From Callorhinchus milii (Eukaryota), in assembly GCF_018977255.1 (NCBI RefSeq), contig NW_024704742.1:79858001-79922000 (forward strand): DNA of 64,000 nt, given 5' to 3'. A program made the position numbers and the translations under genes. Shown here in pieces: positions 24,201 through 38,065 of this stretch (positions are counted from its first letter, which is position 1; each line of letters begins with the position of its first letter). The notes under the pieces are model-generated. The model worked only from the letters and a program-made list of their open reading frames with translations. It was not told the origin of the DNA and did not search any database.

Positions 24201-26324
24201 GCCAAAAATGTTACCTAGGACCCAGTCCAGCTCCAAGGAGACCCTCTTACCTTCTCCTCACCACTTCCCCACCCCAGTAAGGGGAACTCCCTGCGAGCTT
24301 CCTGGTGGGTAACACAGGTCTGCATGAATTGTGTGAGAGTATCGGGCACACGTCACTTCCCATTGAGCGATGGTTCCACCAGTTGGGGGTGCGGAGTTGT
24401 GTTACTTTTTAAGACCAAGTGCATACCATAATTGTTGTCTCCAAGGCCTGCCAAGGCCAGTGACATTGTGGAACTCATCAATTAAGCTTTCTTGCTTACC
24501 CAGAATGTAAGTAGGCATGTTTTATAAACGGTTCCCAAATCATCTGATAAATTGTTGTAAAGAAAGGAGGAAGTGGCTAATGCTGGGATAATTTCCATAG
24601 GCACTAACAGTCCTTTTCTAAACCTTGCTCAACTGACTATTGTCAGGCAGGTCTGCAGTATTGCAGCACAGTCAGTTTGGCTTAAGTTTGGAAGGGCAGA
24701 CAGTCATGTGTGAGAAAATAATATCTTGGGATACAGCATATAGTTTGCGACATGACATGTGCATGTGACCACCAGTATGGTGAAAGGCGAACTGGATGTA
24801 CCTAGGTCTTCTTTTGTTTAGCAATGCTTATGTTCTTATGTAAGCCCAGGTATTGCATTAAATTGTATGCACTTTCCAGTAGGGGTCACCGGAGGTGCTA
24901 AAATCTTTTCATCAAGATTGTGTTGGATTACAAAGAGTCTTGTGACTTGAATGTTAATCAGTGACTTTTGGGGTTATTAGATTAAACTGAATGGCTGTTT
25001 ACTTATGATATAATACACGTCAATTGTTGTTGATGGTCTGAATGCAGTAACTGTGTGTGAATATTGTCTGGCGGACTTGTGCTAACTAACTTTATGTTTC
25101 TATTTCCCAAACAAATGTAAAATGTAAAATTTGCTAATACTAACTCCATTATTGACTCTACTGACCCCTCCTTCCTTGCTTGGCATCTGATACTGTTTCT
25201 GCGAAATGCTCTCAGTTGTTCTTTTATCCAATGTGAGGAGTTTTATATAAATGCAAGTTCCTGTTGTTGTAAGGGAAGGTGTCTGACCATTGGATACTTG
25301 AGGGCTTTTTGGCCTTTATTTCACTCAGGATATCATAGAATCATAGAATTATACAGCACAGAAGTCTGTCTGGGGCTGGCTTTTTGAAAAGAGCTATCCA
25401 AATCAATCCCACTCCCCCACTCTCTCTCCGTAGCCCTACAAATTTAGCCTCCCCAAATAAATATCAAGAGAAATGGTTTCGCAAGAGAATAAGCATGCAA
25501 GCAATGAAGTCACATCATCTTGTATGAAGAGAAACCTGTTGGTTGCCAGCAAGTGAATAAAGCAAACAGAGCCTTGGTATCTTGGGTGCACAGCTAGCTG
25601 TGTAAAGCGCTTTGAGACGTTCCCCTGAAGTGAAAGGCATTATATAAATGTAAATTGTGTTGCATTTACCTCTAAAGTTACGCAAACACACTTAAAGAGA
25701 GAATTGAACCATAATTGATGCTAAAGAATGCAACCATTACAAAGGAATTTCTGTCTAGTTCTGTTAATAATTTTGTTTACCCGGTGATGATATTTCTGCG
25801 TGGGGAGCAGCAGGATACTTTGTTGAAGTCGTTACTAAGCTTAACCATGTGAGAGAAATGGATTACTGATGCCTTAAAAAGTCTGTAGTTGTCACCTCAC
25901 CAATGCCTTGGTGTTGAATGGTTGTAACACAAGCTTAGCTGACCAGACTCTGTTTAAAAATATGGAAGAGCCATTGTCCTTGTTGTCTGCAAAGATAAAC
26001 ATATACAATTGAAGTTGCACAATTGCTGAAAAAGCATAAGGTAAAGACTGAGTTTCTGGTAATAATTGATTGTATGCATGGTCACACTGTGTGCTTGCCA
26101 TCCTGGAAGCAGTGAAGAGACTGAATGCTGTTGAGTGTTTAGGCAATGACATGAATGTTTAGGCAACTGTTTCTGAATCCAACATAAGGCCTATGGACGG
26201 ATAATGCGCAGCTTGACTGGAAGAAGGGTTTGCAAACCCCCTGTGTAACTTCAGGTAATTTGCAACAGAAATCTTTATTGACATCTCCAAAATAAAACGT
26301 GGACATCTACTGTTGATCAGAAGT

Positions 26325-26642
26325 ACAACAACAACAAAAAATTACATTTATAGAGCACCTTTCATTTCGGGAGGACGTCCCAAAGCGCTGAACAGTCAAA
26401 GGTCGGGGCCCGAGCATGGGGTAGGGGTGGGGTAGGGGTGAAAGAAGGCAGAGAGGTGGGAGGGAGACCAAAGGTATGGTCGAAGAAAAGGGTTTTGAGA
26501 CCGGCCTTGAAGGAGGCAAGGGAGGAAGCGAGGTGAAGGGACCGTGGGATGGAGTTCCAGAGTGTGTGGGCAGAGAGGCTGAAAGCCCAGCCACTGATGG
26601 TAGGGCGGGTTGAGCAGGAGACATGGAGCAGACCGGAGCCTG
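26325..26642 (-). mobile_element. L2 3' fragment
   Basis: Matches the other L2 3' ends, including stem-loop and (TTG)n. Confidence 0.85.
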
Positions 26643-27004
26643 CATTACACCAACATGTTAAAATAACTGCAGAAAACTGTCTTCAAAATTAAGTACAATT
26701 TATGTATTTTATACAATTCTGTGCAATCTTACATTTTAATAGTATGGTCTTTGACCTAACACCATGAGAAGTTCCAGGCCTCACCTCATATGTTTTTTAT
26801 TTGACAAAAAGCTGCACCCAGCCTGGTGCCTCCATTTATTCTTGCTACCACTGGAAACTATTAAACAGGCAGAAAAGTGTCCGATTCTCTCCAAATTGAA
26901 ATAGTTAAAGAAATCAGCAGAAAATATCCCAGATGGAGATGCAGACTTATTGTTCTGGACTTTAAAGTGAAGCTTCTCTGACTGGAAAATTATAATAAGG
27001 TGTT

Positions 27005-27427
27005 GTAGCCTGGCTCAGTTGGCAGCACTCTTGCCTCTGAGCTAGAAGGTTGTGAGTTTGAGCCCCACATCAGGCCTTAAAATGAGTCTTGAATCACTCT
27101 CCAAATCAGTGCTGAGGGTGTATTGCATTGTTGGAGGTGGCGTCCGTCGGATGAGATGTTAAACCAAGGTCTCAGCTGCTTGTTCAGATGGATTTAAAGA
27201 TCCCATTTCACGAGCTGAACAGAAAAGGGAGTTTATCCTGGTGTCCTGGCCAACAATCTGCCAAATAAAATTAGTCATTCATTTCATGGCTGTTTCTTCA
27301 ATATTGTTGCACAAATGGGCTATCCCATTCAACTACAAAATACACAGACACTCTACTTCACAGTAAAATCCTGTGAAGTACTTTGAGACGTCCTTCTGAA
27401 TGCAAGAATGCATTGATTATTATTAGT
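27005..27427 (+). mobile_element. Full-length Deu-domain SINE
   Basis: AGCCTGGCTCAGTTGGCAGCAC head, GTGCTGAGGGTGTATTGCATTGTTGGAGGTGGCGTC..GATGAGATGTTAAACC..AAAGATCCCAT..GGTGTCCTGGCCAAC and an L2-like tail. An inverted head fragment follows at ~27480-27615. Confidence 0.8.
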
Positions 27428-30400
27428 TTAGGGGCCATGAAGCTTTACAAATGGCCTCAAGAGGAATACCTCCAAAACCTCCAGTAATGCAGGACACCCC
27501 TAGCATTGCACTGGAGCATCAACCTAAACAATAAATTCAATGTTCTGATGTTGAGCTTTAACCCACAGCCTTTTGACTCAGAGGTGAGAGTGCTTCCAAC
27601 TGAGCTCAGCTGAAATAGTTAAGACTGAATTTATATTTTGCCAAATTCTGCATGCTTTAAAATGTTCCATTAATATCTTAGACCATGGTGGAACTTCTCC
27701 CCACATTTCCAAAACCTCAAGTGAGCACTTTGAGCAGTAAACATAAGATAGAGACCAGTGGTTTTATGGTTGGCCAAAAATCAAAAAATATTAAATCAAG
27801 AAAAAAGTTGAAAATATACTGAAGATCGAATATTGACTTACCTAAACTCATGCGAGTGTTCGGGGAGAGAGGGGCACATCTTGATGACCCCACGGGCCAT
27901 TTCTGCCCCAGGAGCCACAGGTTGGCCACCACTGCGATAGACACTCAGTGCTAGTAAAGGTAAAGGTGTAGCCACACTGTCTCCCTAAAACAGCAGTAAA
28001 GTGTAAGATGGTGTTTCTGACCTAGAGGAGGAGCTACAGCTGTTTATAATAATGGGCTAAAACGTTAAATGTTTCATAATAGTTTTCATTAGAATTATCA
28101 CACTGAATCTGTTATATATTTTCACCTAGATGTTCAGGGTCGATGTGCTTTCTGAGTTCTGTCATCACATTAAGTGCAATCCAACAAATATAGCTTTGAC
28201 CTGGTCATTCAGATTAACCCAATACTGGCACGTTCCATAAGGGCCCTTCCAGTCATGTTGCCACAGTCTTCAGCCAGCAGAAGAAAGATTGTATTCCCTT
28301 TTTGAGTGATACAACACATTGATCACGATTCACTTTTCTAATGATTTTCCTAGTTTCATACAGTGCTTGGTTGTATGTTGCCTTTGCTGCAGTTCTGGCT
28401 TGTTTTGAGGAAGTTTCCAGACCACTTTAACGGTCATCTGCATTCACCTAATAGCTTTCCTTCTCTTTGTGGTTATCCCAACATGAGCCCACTTCAGAGA
28501 TGAGTGCCTAGCAAGTTGTAGCTTCAATTTCCTTACAATCTCAGATGCAGAAACAAGAAAGTCCTTGACTTCATCGTCAATCATCGGGTCCGCAACCCGC
28601 AAATAATCCCTGAAATGAATGACCAATTTTATTTGGGAGGGTTGTTGGCCAATACACTGGGAGAAACTCGCCTCATTTTTTGAGTAAAGCCATCCTAAAC
28701 ATCCACCTAAATAGGCACAGATGGGACATCATCAACAACAACAACTTGCATCTATAGAGCGCCCCTGACGGAGGATAGCACCCAGAGCGTTTGACAGTAG
28801 TGGAGCATGACACTGAGCCAGGGGGAGGTGACTGTAGGCAATGCAATACAACCCCAGCACTGGAAAGCAACTTCATCTTAGATTATGTGAGTTCAGTATT
28901 GTACCTAATGTATCCAACATTAACAGAACTACATTGAAAAGTGTAATTTCTGAAGCTTGGGAGAACTGGACATTTTGAAGAACTGATTTTCCATTGAACT
29001 GGAGCTTTTCTTACATATTGGCTTCTTGTAAAAAACGGAAAAAAACAATAACCTCTCCCCTAGATCATCAAGTTCTGCAAATCAGAAATTGTGTTAATAA
29101 TATAGTGCTGATAATATTGGAGTAGAACAGTAAAGAGATGTAAAATGATATACTTGCATTTCTGAACATTTGCTGGCAAGATATTTACGCTAAAAATTGT
29201 ATAAAACACTCAATTGAAACAACATGTGATTTTTCTTCACCTTATAAATTGTGGAATAAGTTACAAAAAGGGCAACATCTGACCAGCATGATTTGCAGCT
29301 CAATCACGATTAGAAACAATTATACTGGCCAAAGGAAAGGTACACTAGGAATACTATATGTTGTACATTCAGAAGCTGAACTTTTACTTATGAGAATTGG
29401 GCTCAGGTTCAATGAACACAGATGGGGAGGGGGTAAAGATTTCCCCTCTGCTCATTGTTAAAGGTCCTAAGTGAAATGTATTTGACCAGTTTCTTCTTTG
29501 TTGGCTTACAACTAGGCTCATACTGAGCAATGATGTAATCAATTTACTCTTCAAATTGAAGTTTCACTGCAATATGCACAAGACCCTTTTGTTTTCCATT
29601 TTTATGAATACATTCCTGCATATAAAATTATTCCTCACCTTTTTTTTCATTGAATTCAACACCAGAATTGGCAGGTTTGGAAAACCATTGCTGTCCCTGA
29701 AAATGCTGCCATAGACTTCAGTCTCACAAGATTTGATAGCTGAGCCCATTGCACATGGAAATAATGGGATAAAACTATAAAATAGTTTTCTAATCCATTC
29801 CTTGTGTTAATTAATACAAAGAACAGGCTAAGATAATAATAATAATATTAATAATAATAACAACATAATAATCCTTGCATTTGATATAACGTCTTATCAC
29901 GTGAATATACTGTAAAGTGAATTCGCTGTATAGTTTGCGGGCGAAAAACAAACTGCATTCCTCTTCAACCTAAGTGTGTTTCCCAGAAATATATTGTAGA
30001 TTAAATTCTAATAAGGATACCTTTTCAGTTAGTGCAAAATTAAGAACATAAGAACATAAGAAATGCTAGACGAAAAAAAAACAAGGTCCATCTAGCTCAC
30101 CTTCCTGGCGGTCGCATGCACATTTGTCCCAAGCTACCTATGTACTATATCCCATAATGTTATTTCCTGTAACTATCTAATCTGTGTTTGAAAGAATCAA
30201 CACTTCCTGCTTCAATTAGGTAGACGGTTCATTATTCACTCACTGAAATTGTGTGACAACTGGACATAAATATTCCAGCTATGCTTTCCACAGCTTTAAA
30301 TACTGCAGTGTTATATATAACTATACATTTAAAAGATTGGCAACATGGGAATGATTATGATGAACACATTCTCAAGTCTGGGTTCCAGTGAGAATAAGAT

Positions 30401-33151
30401 ACTCGAGTTTCGCTCTCGCTGTTTATAACATCATGTTATTCTCTTGAAGAGATTATTCTGGTGGAATTGCTTCTGCCCATCTATTATTCTCTGCTCATTG
30501 GATGACTGCCAATAAATGGAGAATAAAAGGTAGTTTAACTCACTTCATTTCCACTTTGCATGCTTTACCTGAAGTGGGCACAACATGATTTCCTGTTATG
30601 TTTCAACAATGCAGTTATGATGAAATCACAAGTGTGTGATATGTGTTTGGGTGCACTCAGATTGTGGTATTCACATTCCATTCCTTCATGGAACAAGATG
30701 TCTTTAGAAATACTGCAGTTTGTGCTCAATTATTCAAATAGAAAGGGAGTTGGATTTGAACTGGGGTTAGTGTGCTATTCTTTTTGTCCAACATGCGGGT
30801 CATATCATAGGTAATGTAATTTGTTCACCTACAAAACTCACAATCACTTTACAGTTAATCTTATGAATCGCTTTGAGATGTCATCCAGATGTGATGTAAA
30901 TGCCATTCTATGAAATGTAAGGATTATTATTATTATTTTGAATTCTTGTTGAAATCAGGAGTACTCACTATCTTTCTGACTGGATCGCAGTCCTGAGCAA
31001 TGACTTGCTCGAGGACATGTCTTGCAGAACTCTTTACACGTGCTCGTTTATGATTAATAATCTAATGTGTCAGTGTAAACACTGAGTGAAGTGCTGTGGA
31101 ATCTGTCTTTAAAAAGAGATTGTGTATGAAATGTAAAAGATCCTTGAAAAAGGTTTAAAAATGCTCTAGTCTCTTATGTCAGTTCAAGTTGAAAACAGAT
31201 GCTTTCCTTAGAAACGTAGGAATGTGTAGCGTTAGAGAAGATCATTAGAGTCCAACCAGAGAGTCTAAATTTCAAATAACATCTCTTGCTGTCTCAGCCC
31301 CATCCCCTCCTATGCTACCCAAAATTCCCCTTTGAAAAATTTCCACAACATCCGTCCGTCTCCACTGGCTACATGCGCTACTGTTCCACACTCTTTGTAA
31401 AAGAATTAAATCACGTTGTAATCAGCTTCACCTAACTGGGAGGGGGGGTGAACGCCCTGTGGCTTAATTTTGCTGTTATCTGCTTGCAATAACTCGCAAT
31501 CCGATTGTCTCTCACGGCAACCAATCTTGGCATGCTACATTCATTAGAGTATAACCCTCACAAAATTCCCCGTCCCACAAAACATGTCGACAAATACATT
31601 CCTGTTAACTAACATGTTCTCTCGGTGTCCTGGCCAAGAATCCTCCAAATAAACTTGTTCATTCACTTCACGGCTGTCTGCGCAAAATTATCTGTAGCGT
31701 TTGCCTACAAATGCACAATCGCTATACTCTACAGTAAATCCTGCAAGGCGCTTTGACATTAACTCCAGATGTCATGAAACGCTAAATCAAATGCAAGAAT
31801 TATTGTCCCTAGTATCTATCTAGCTTCTTTTCAAGCATCCAAATTCTTTGTGCAGTTACAACATTCTGGGATAATACATTCCATATTCCCACAACTCTTT
31901 ATGTGAAGAAATGTTTTTTTTTGTTTCACTTTTAATTGATTTAGCTCTAATTTGAAGACTAGTTCCCTTTGTTTGGATCTTTCCATCAGACACCATCTGC
32001 AAGTTATATTTTTTTAATAATTCTTGTTTTCAATGTCACAAAGTCCCCACAAATAAGTATTGATGAGATCATAGATGAGATGTGCTACTCAAGAAGAAGT
32101 GCTTGGTTATATTATTGTTAACAATAGCTTGCGTTTAGCTAGTGCCTTTCACGTAGAATAACATCTTGGAATGCTTAACGATGGCGGTGGATCCTAAATG
32201 GTGGGAGAGGTGACAATAAACATGATCGAAAAGGTAGGTTTTGAGGCAGCACCTGAAGATAGAGAGAGGCCAAAATACAGGGGTTTAGAGAAGGAGTTCC
32301 AGAGGTGAGAGGTGTATAATTCAAAAGCTCGGCCATTGATGGTTGCGTTGATAGATCTGGTGGTGAGCAGCAAGCCTGAGTTAACGAATCGGAGGGGGCA
32401 TTTCCATTGCTAAGTGCTTCAAGGCACTCCCTGCATGGAGGGTGCTATATAAATGCAAGTTGTTGGTTCTTTAACCAAATTACATGTCTCAATGATGGCG
32501 GAGAGGACCGCCATCATTGAGACAGCTCCATAGAGGAAATTCCTGATGGGCAACTTGGATCCAGCGAGCTGTGCTGATTGACAAGTAAATGTATGGCTAT
32601 AATATTTTAAAAATGGGAAGAGATTTGTGCGATTTCACGACGCTTCCTTGTGATATTTATCAAAGGGAACAAGTTACGAAACTCTGTAAATATCGCCCTG
32701 ATATTGTGAAGGATAGAGCAGCTGAAACGTTTCTTGGGTGATGCCTTTCAGATATCATTCAGTGATGCTTGTGCCAAGAATGATTGCTGGCACCCAACAT
32801 GATTTTATTTCATATCACTAGCCTGTACAGACCCCGCTGGATAACAGAAGAGATCCGAGAGTACAACTTGAAAGCTGTGAATGCAAAACGACTGCAAAAC
32901 AGAGTTAAAATACTAATAATAATCCTTGCATTTGAGATAGTACCTTTTATGTCAGGAGGACGTCTCTAAGTGCTTCACATGATTTGCTGTAAATTGGAGT
33001 TACTGTGCATTTTTGTGGGCAAATTAGTTCCGCAATAAATAGATAATAAATAAATAGTAAATAAAAGCTATTTCTTTTGAAATACAAAGTGGAAAATCAA
33101 GAACACAACTTTTTAAAAAACAATATACATATATACACATATATTATATAT

Positions 33152-33405
33152 AAACAACAACAAATTATATTATAGCGTCTTTCACATCAGGAGGATGTCC
33201 CAAGGCACTGGACAGTTAGGGAACTGCACCCAAGTTGGTGGTTGGGATCAGGAGGGGTGGAGGGTAGGGGTAGGAGAGTGACCGAAGGCGCAATCAAAGA
33301 GGAAGATCTTGAGACAGGTCTTGAAGGAGGCGGGGGGGGGGGGGGGGGGGGGTGAGGCAGAGGGACTGTGGCATGGAGTTCCAGAGGATGGGGGCAGAGT
33401 GGCAA
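33152..33405 (-). mobile_element. L2 3' fragment
   Basis: Reverse complement of an L2 tail. Confidence 0.8.
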
Positions 33406-33692
33406 ATTACTTGTTTCAAAGGAAATAAGATTAACTAAGAATAATTCAAACAGAGTTTCCTAGCAAACAGGGGTTCCCAACACATGCCTGGATATTGACC
33501 AGAACAAAATGTTCATTCAAGCTGCTTCAAGCCTGATGCCCTGCAGTACAAGCCTCAGAGCCAAACCTAATGCTTAGTCAATTCACTTTGCAGGTTATGT
33601 CTGATTTGAAACAGAAATCAGCCAGTGATAACAGACAATCTTACAAACATCTGCTGACACTTCTTAAACTTTTAAAACATGTTGTACTCCTT

Positions 33693-34372
33693 TATGTGTG
33701 TATGTATGTGTGTGTAGTGTGTGTGTATTGTGTTTGTGTGTGTGTATGTATGTCTATTGTTTGTGTGTGTATGTGTGTGTTTGTATGTGTTTGTGTATTG
33801 TGTGTGTATGTATGTGTATTGTTTGTGTGTATGTGTGCGTTTGTATGTGGGTGTGTATTGTGTTTGTGTGTGTATGTGTGTGCATCAGTGTGTATTGTGT
33901 GTGTATGTGTGTGTATGTGTATTGTTTGTGTGTTTGTATGTGTGTGTGTGTATTGTGTGTGTTTGTGTGTGTTTATTGTGTGTGTATGTGTGTGCATCAG
34001 TGTGTATTGTGTGTGTGTGTATGTGTATTGTTTGTGTGTGTATGTGTGTGTTTGTATGTGTTTGTGTGTGTGTATTGTGTTTGTGTGTATGTGTGTGTTT
34101 GTGTGTGTGTGTTGTGTGTATGTGTGTGTTTGTATGTGTATGTGTGTGTGTATTGTGTTTGTGTGTGAATGTTTGTGTGTGTGTGTTGTGTGTGTATGTG
34201 TGTGTATCAGTGGGTATTGTGCGTGTGTGTATGTGTATTGTTTGTGTGTGTATGTGTGTGTTTGTATGTGTTTGTGTGTGTGTATTGTGTTTGTGTGTAT
34301 GTGTGTGTTTGTGTGTGTGTGTTGTGTGTGTATGTGTGTGTTTGTATGTGTGTGTATGTGTGTGTGTGTGTA
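33693..34372. repeat. (TG)-rich compound microsatellite
   Basis: Directly visible; source of the VCVC ORFs. Confidence 0.95.
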
Positions 34373-34633
34373 TTGTCTCTGTGTTAAATTAAATTAAACA
34401 AACACAATTTATTTTTTAATAAAAAGCGTCTTTGGCTGCTCTTAACTGTAACTGGATTTGGTTAACAAAAGGGAGACTTGTGTTGAAGCATTGCACTTTC
34501 TGCGATCGGTCGTGTGGCAGCAGGATGTTGTGATGGAGTTGTTGATCTCGCTCTGTGTGTGCCTCGGAGCCTCTGTGTGCTGCTGAGTATCGTCATGTTT
34601 ACCTTTCACCTCCTTTCTGCTCTCAGCAGCTCT

Positions 34634-34649
34634 GGGTTACTAGCGGTCA
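34634..34649 (+). promoter_or_regulatory. Candidate distal DR4 LXR element
   Basis: GGGTTA-CTAG-CGGTCA fits the LXRE consensus and sits in a non-repetitive, CpG-containing segment ~11.8 kb upstream of the ABCA1 promoter. Confidence 0.55.
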
Positions 34650-35654
34650 AAGTCCTCACATCAAGGAAGCTTGCGGGCTTCTCACAGCAAGGGATCACCA
34701 TCAGCCAACTGATTGCAAGAGGAACGAACAAGGTTTTCGGCTTGTTTCTCTCCACCCTCCCTTTCTGGTGATACAGTATTTACTGTCATTTAATGAAGCC
34801 ATCAATGTACATCAACTGAGGGAATTTATACCATTGAGAGAGCATATAAAAGTAGTTTGTGATGTTTTGGGTTACTCTCTCACGAACACTCACACACACC
34901 CCCACACCAACCTACAAAAGTTACTAATTCCTGATAATGGGAAGTTTGATTTTCATTAAAAAGAATTAGGAAGACACACAGAAAAGAAACAACTAAATGT
35001 TTTGCCTCTTTCTTTCCCAACCCCCCTCTACCCCCTCCCCCACTCCCTCTCCCCCAGAGGAGAAAACAACAACAATAACAACAACAAACAACAAAGCTAT
35101 CAGATTTAATCAGATTTCAAATCGCAATTTGAAAGAAACAGGGATTAAAGCCCCCACAAAAGATTTATTTTCCAAAAGCAGCTTGCTGCAAAAAGTTACC
35201 ATAATAAATTGCAAGAATTAATTTGTTGGTGTTTACTTTCAGGTAAAACTGGTTTCACAGGAGATCAGTGCAAAACTTTGTGCTTTGTTCTGTGTTTCTT
35301 CCCCTTTACCCCCGCTCCTAACATTTAAAATGTATTTCTGTCTGGAAGGCTGAGAACATCAAAGAGCTTGATGGTTAACTTCTGCCAGTGAAGTTGCGTA
35401 AAGACACCTCACCATGTATAGAAATTATCTCTATGACATTGGTAAATGTTTTATATCTGTGTTAGACATTGCTGGAACAGTCCTCAGCCAAACCTATGTC
35501 TCAGATCTGGGAATGAGCAAAATCGCGCAGGTTAATGGAGAAAATATGTTCACTGTATTGTCAAAGCCACCATCTTCCATCTTACCCATATTGGGAACTT
35601 GATCTGACTGAAAATAAAATCAGAGATTGTATAAATCAGCATCTTTTCAACAAC

Positions 35655-36120
35655 TATGCCCCAAACCTCTGGAACTCCCTCTCTTCCCTTCGGATCTCAC
35701 CCTGTCTTTAAATTTTGCCTGAAAACCTACCTCTTTGACCGTGGTAATGGTAATTCCCTATTCCCTCTCACTTTCCCTACCAACCTGCCCGGTTCCTCCG
35801 TTCAGCGGGCTCCAGCCTGCTCCATGTCTCCTGCCCGACCCGCCATACCATCGGTGGCCGGGCTTTCAGCCTCTCTGCCCCCACTCTCTGGAACTCTATC
35901 CCGTGGTCCCTTCGCCTCGCTTCCTTCCTTGCCTCCTTCAAGGCTGGTCTCAAGACCTTCCTCTTCGATCGTGCCTTCAGTCGTCTTCCCACCTCTTTGC
36001 CTTCCCTCACCCCTATCCACCCCTCCTCCATGCTCGGATCCTGACCCCTCACTGTCCAGCGCCTTGGGATGTCCTCCCGACGTGAAAGACGCTCTATAAA
36101 TGTAATTTGGTTGTTGTTGT
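35655..36120 (+). mobile_element. Two nested L2 3' fragments
   Basis: Older piece at ~35655-35780 and a younger piece ending in the stem-loop and (TTG)n. Confidence 0.8.
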
Positions 36121-36282
36121 TTCCCCTGCATTCAATCCTGTCATTCTAAGGCGCTCTGAGTGAACTAGATTATAACTATTACTAATTGGAATTAATAAAC
36201 ATCTATATTTTTGTACAACATTTGTGTCAGTCCTTACTCCACCGCAGGGTCACAAATTTAAATTAATCCTTACATGGTATAG

Positions 36283-36818
36283 GTGGAGGAAAGCGAGTCA
36301 ACGTTTCGGGTCCACGACCCTTCTTCAGAATTGGCCTCAGTTGTGCCCCAGTTCTGACGAAGGGTCGTGTACCCAAAAAGTTGACTCACTTTCCTTTCTC
36401 CATAAATGCTGCCTGACCTGCTGAGTGTTCCCAGCGACTTAATCCTTGAAATTTAATCCTTGCATTTGATATAGCGCTTTTCACGTCGGAAGGACGTCCC
36501 AAAGCGCTTCACAGAACACACTGTAAAGTGAATTGACTGTAAATTTGTGGGCAAACGCGGCAGCCAATTGCGCACAGCAATGTCCCACAAACAGTCGTAG
36601 ATTGAAAATGCCAAATTTATTATTGTTTTTGGTTTTGGAGGGATTATTATTAGGCGTGTGGAGTAAGGAAACTTGCCCAAGGTTTCGCCCTGCCTGGAAT
36701 TGAACTCAGGTCTCTCGCTTGCAAAGCGAGTGCTCTAACCACTGAGCTACAGGACTCCACAAACTAAAGACTTCTGCTTTAGTTTCAGATTTCCAGCATC
36801 TGCAGTATTTTGCATTTT
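36283..36818 (+). mobile_element. Second Penelope-like inverted repeat with hammerhead-like cores, interrupted by a SINE
   Basis: Homologous to 21812-22014. It resumes after the SINE at ~36769, with GACTT present on both sides of the insertion. Confidence 0.7.
36453..36758 (-). mobile_element. Full-length tRNA-SINE, short young subfamily
   Basis: GGAGTCCTGTAGCTCAGTGG start, A and B boxes, and stem-loop tail. Confidence 0.9.
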
Positions 36819-37159
36819 GAAAGAAAGCGATCCTGGTCAGGGAATAGATGGATAGCCGTTGATCAAACCACACATCTAGGTTCTGCACAGGTTTGAGACA
36901 CCTGGACAGCTTGATAAGGCGCTATATGAAATCATATTAATCATTTACTCTGTATCATAGAAATCTTTTTCACATACACTAGTTAGTTACGTGTGCATTA
37001 TTTATTATTGGCTGTGCAAAAGAACAAAAGCAGAAACAGTTTCCCTGCCCTGAAATAAAGAATAATACATTGCTTTTTCTTTGGAGAAAGCAAGCCAGCA
37101 GAGAATAAGGAGCACATATTTTAAAAATCTTTCTGAGATGCTTTTGGTTTTATTGCTGC

Positions 37160-37395
37160 TGCTTCTCTTTGACCGAGCCTTCAGCTCCCCTCTCGACTCT
37201 CTTCCTCCTCCTCGCTCCCTCCCTTCCCTCCCCTCACCCTGACCATTTCCCCCCTCCTCTCTCCCTCCCTTCCCTCCCCTCACCCTGACCATTTCCCCCC
37301 TGCTCGGGTCATGACCCAACTGTGCAGCGCCTTGGGACGTCCTCCTGACGTGAAAGGCGCTCTATAAATGGAATCTTGTTGTTGTTGTTGTTGGT
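37160..37395 (+). mobile_element. L2 3' tail with an internal ~40-bp duplication
   Basis: CCCTCCCCTCACCCTGACCATTTCCCCC occurs twice, followed by the stem-loop and (TTG)n. Confidence 0.85.
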
Positions 37396-37899
37396 GGTGC
37401 CCTATTTTTCCCTGAGAGTTGTAGTTGTAACTCATGTTGCTGGAGGTTCCCTTCAAGGATCAGACAAAAAAGACTACATCACCCAGGTTTCCTGCTCCTC
37501 AGCCACTAACAGTAAAACAGTAACACTAACAATAGTAAAAGAGCAATGTGGCCATCTCCCTGCTGATTATTTTGATAGGACATAAAGGGGACACCTCAGT
37601 CTGCACAGTTTCACGTGTTTTTAAACCAATTTTTGTGATTCAGTTTGTGTTTATATAGTTGTAGTTTTTATGGTTATGTCTGCAGTAGCCGCTCTTTTCT
37701 CCATAACAGCAGCCCATCTCTCGCAACACATGACATGAGTAACAAACCTGTTGAGAATGTTTGCGATGGATCAGCACACTATCCGAATGGTAGAATTGCA
37801 CTATTATGCTGCCCTGATACACGTGGTCCATTACCTATTTTAGGATCGACGTGATATTGAGACTCAAGTGTTAATTCTGACTCTTTGTTTCGCCCACAA

Positions 37900-38065
37900 T
37901 ATAAGAACATAAGAAATGCCAGATGAAAAAAGGATCAAGGTGCATCTAGTTTGCCTTCCACCTTCCCGGCGGTCGCATGCACATATGTCCCAAACTAAAC
38001 ATGTACTATATCCCATAATGTTATTTCCTAAAAGAAAACTATCTAATCTGTGTTTGAAAGAATCA
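37900..38065 (-). mobile_element. CR1-like 3' tail of a second family
   Basis: (TTCTTATG)n tail; homologous to ~30045-30205(-), ~24720-24842(+) and ~40297-40385(-). Confidence 0.7.

Noticed and set aside
33570..34397. Cys/Val-rich ORFs
   Set aside because: (TG)n microsatellite translation.
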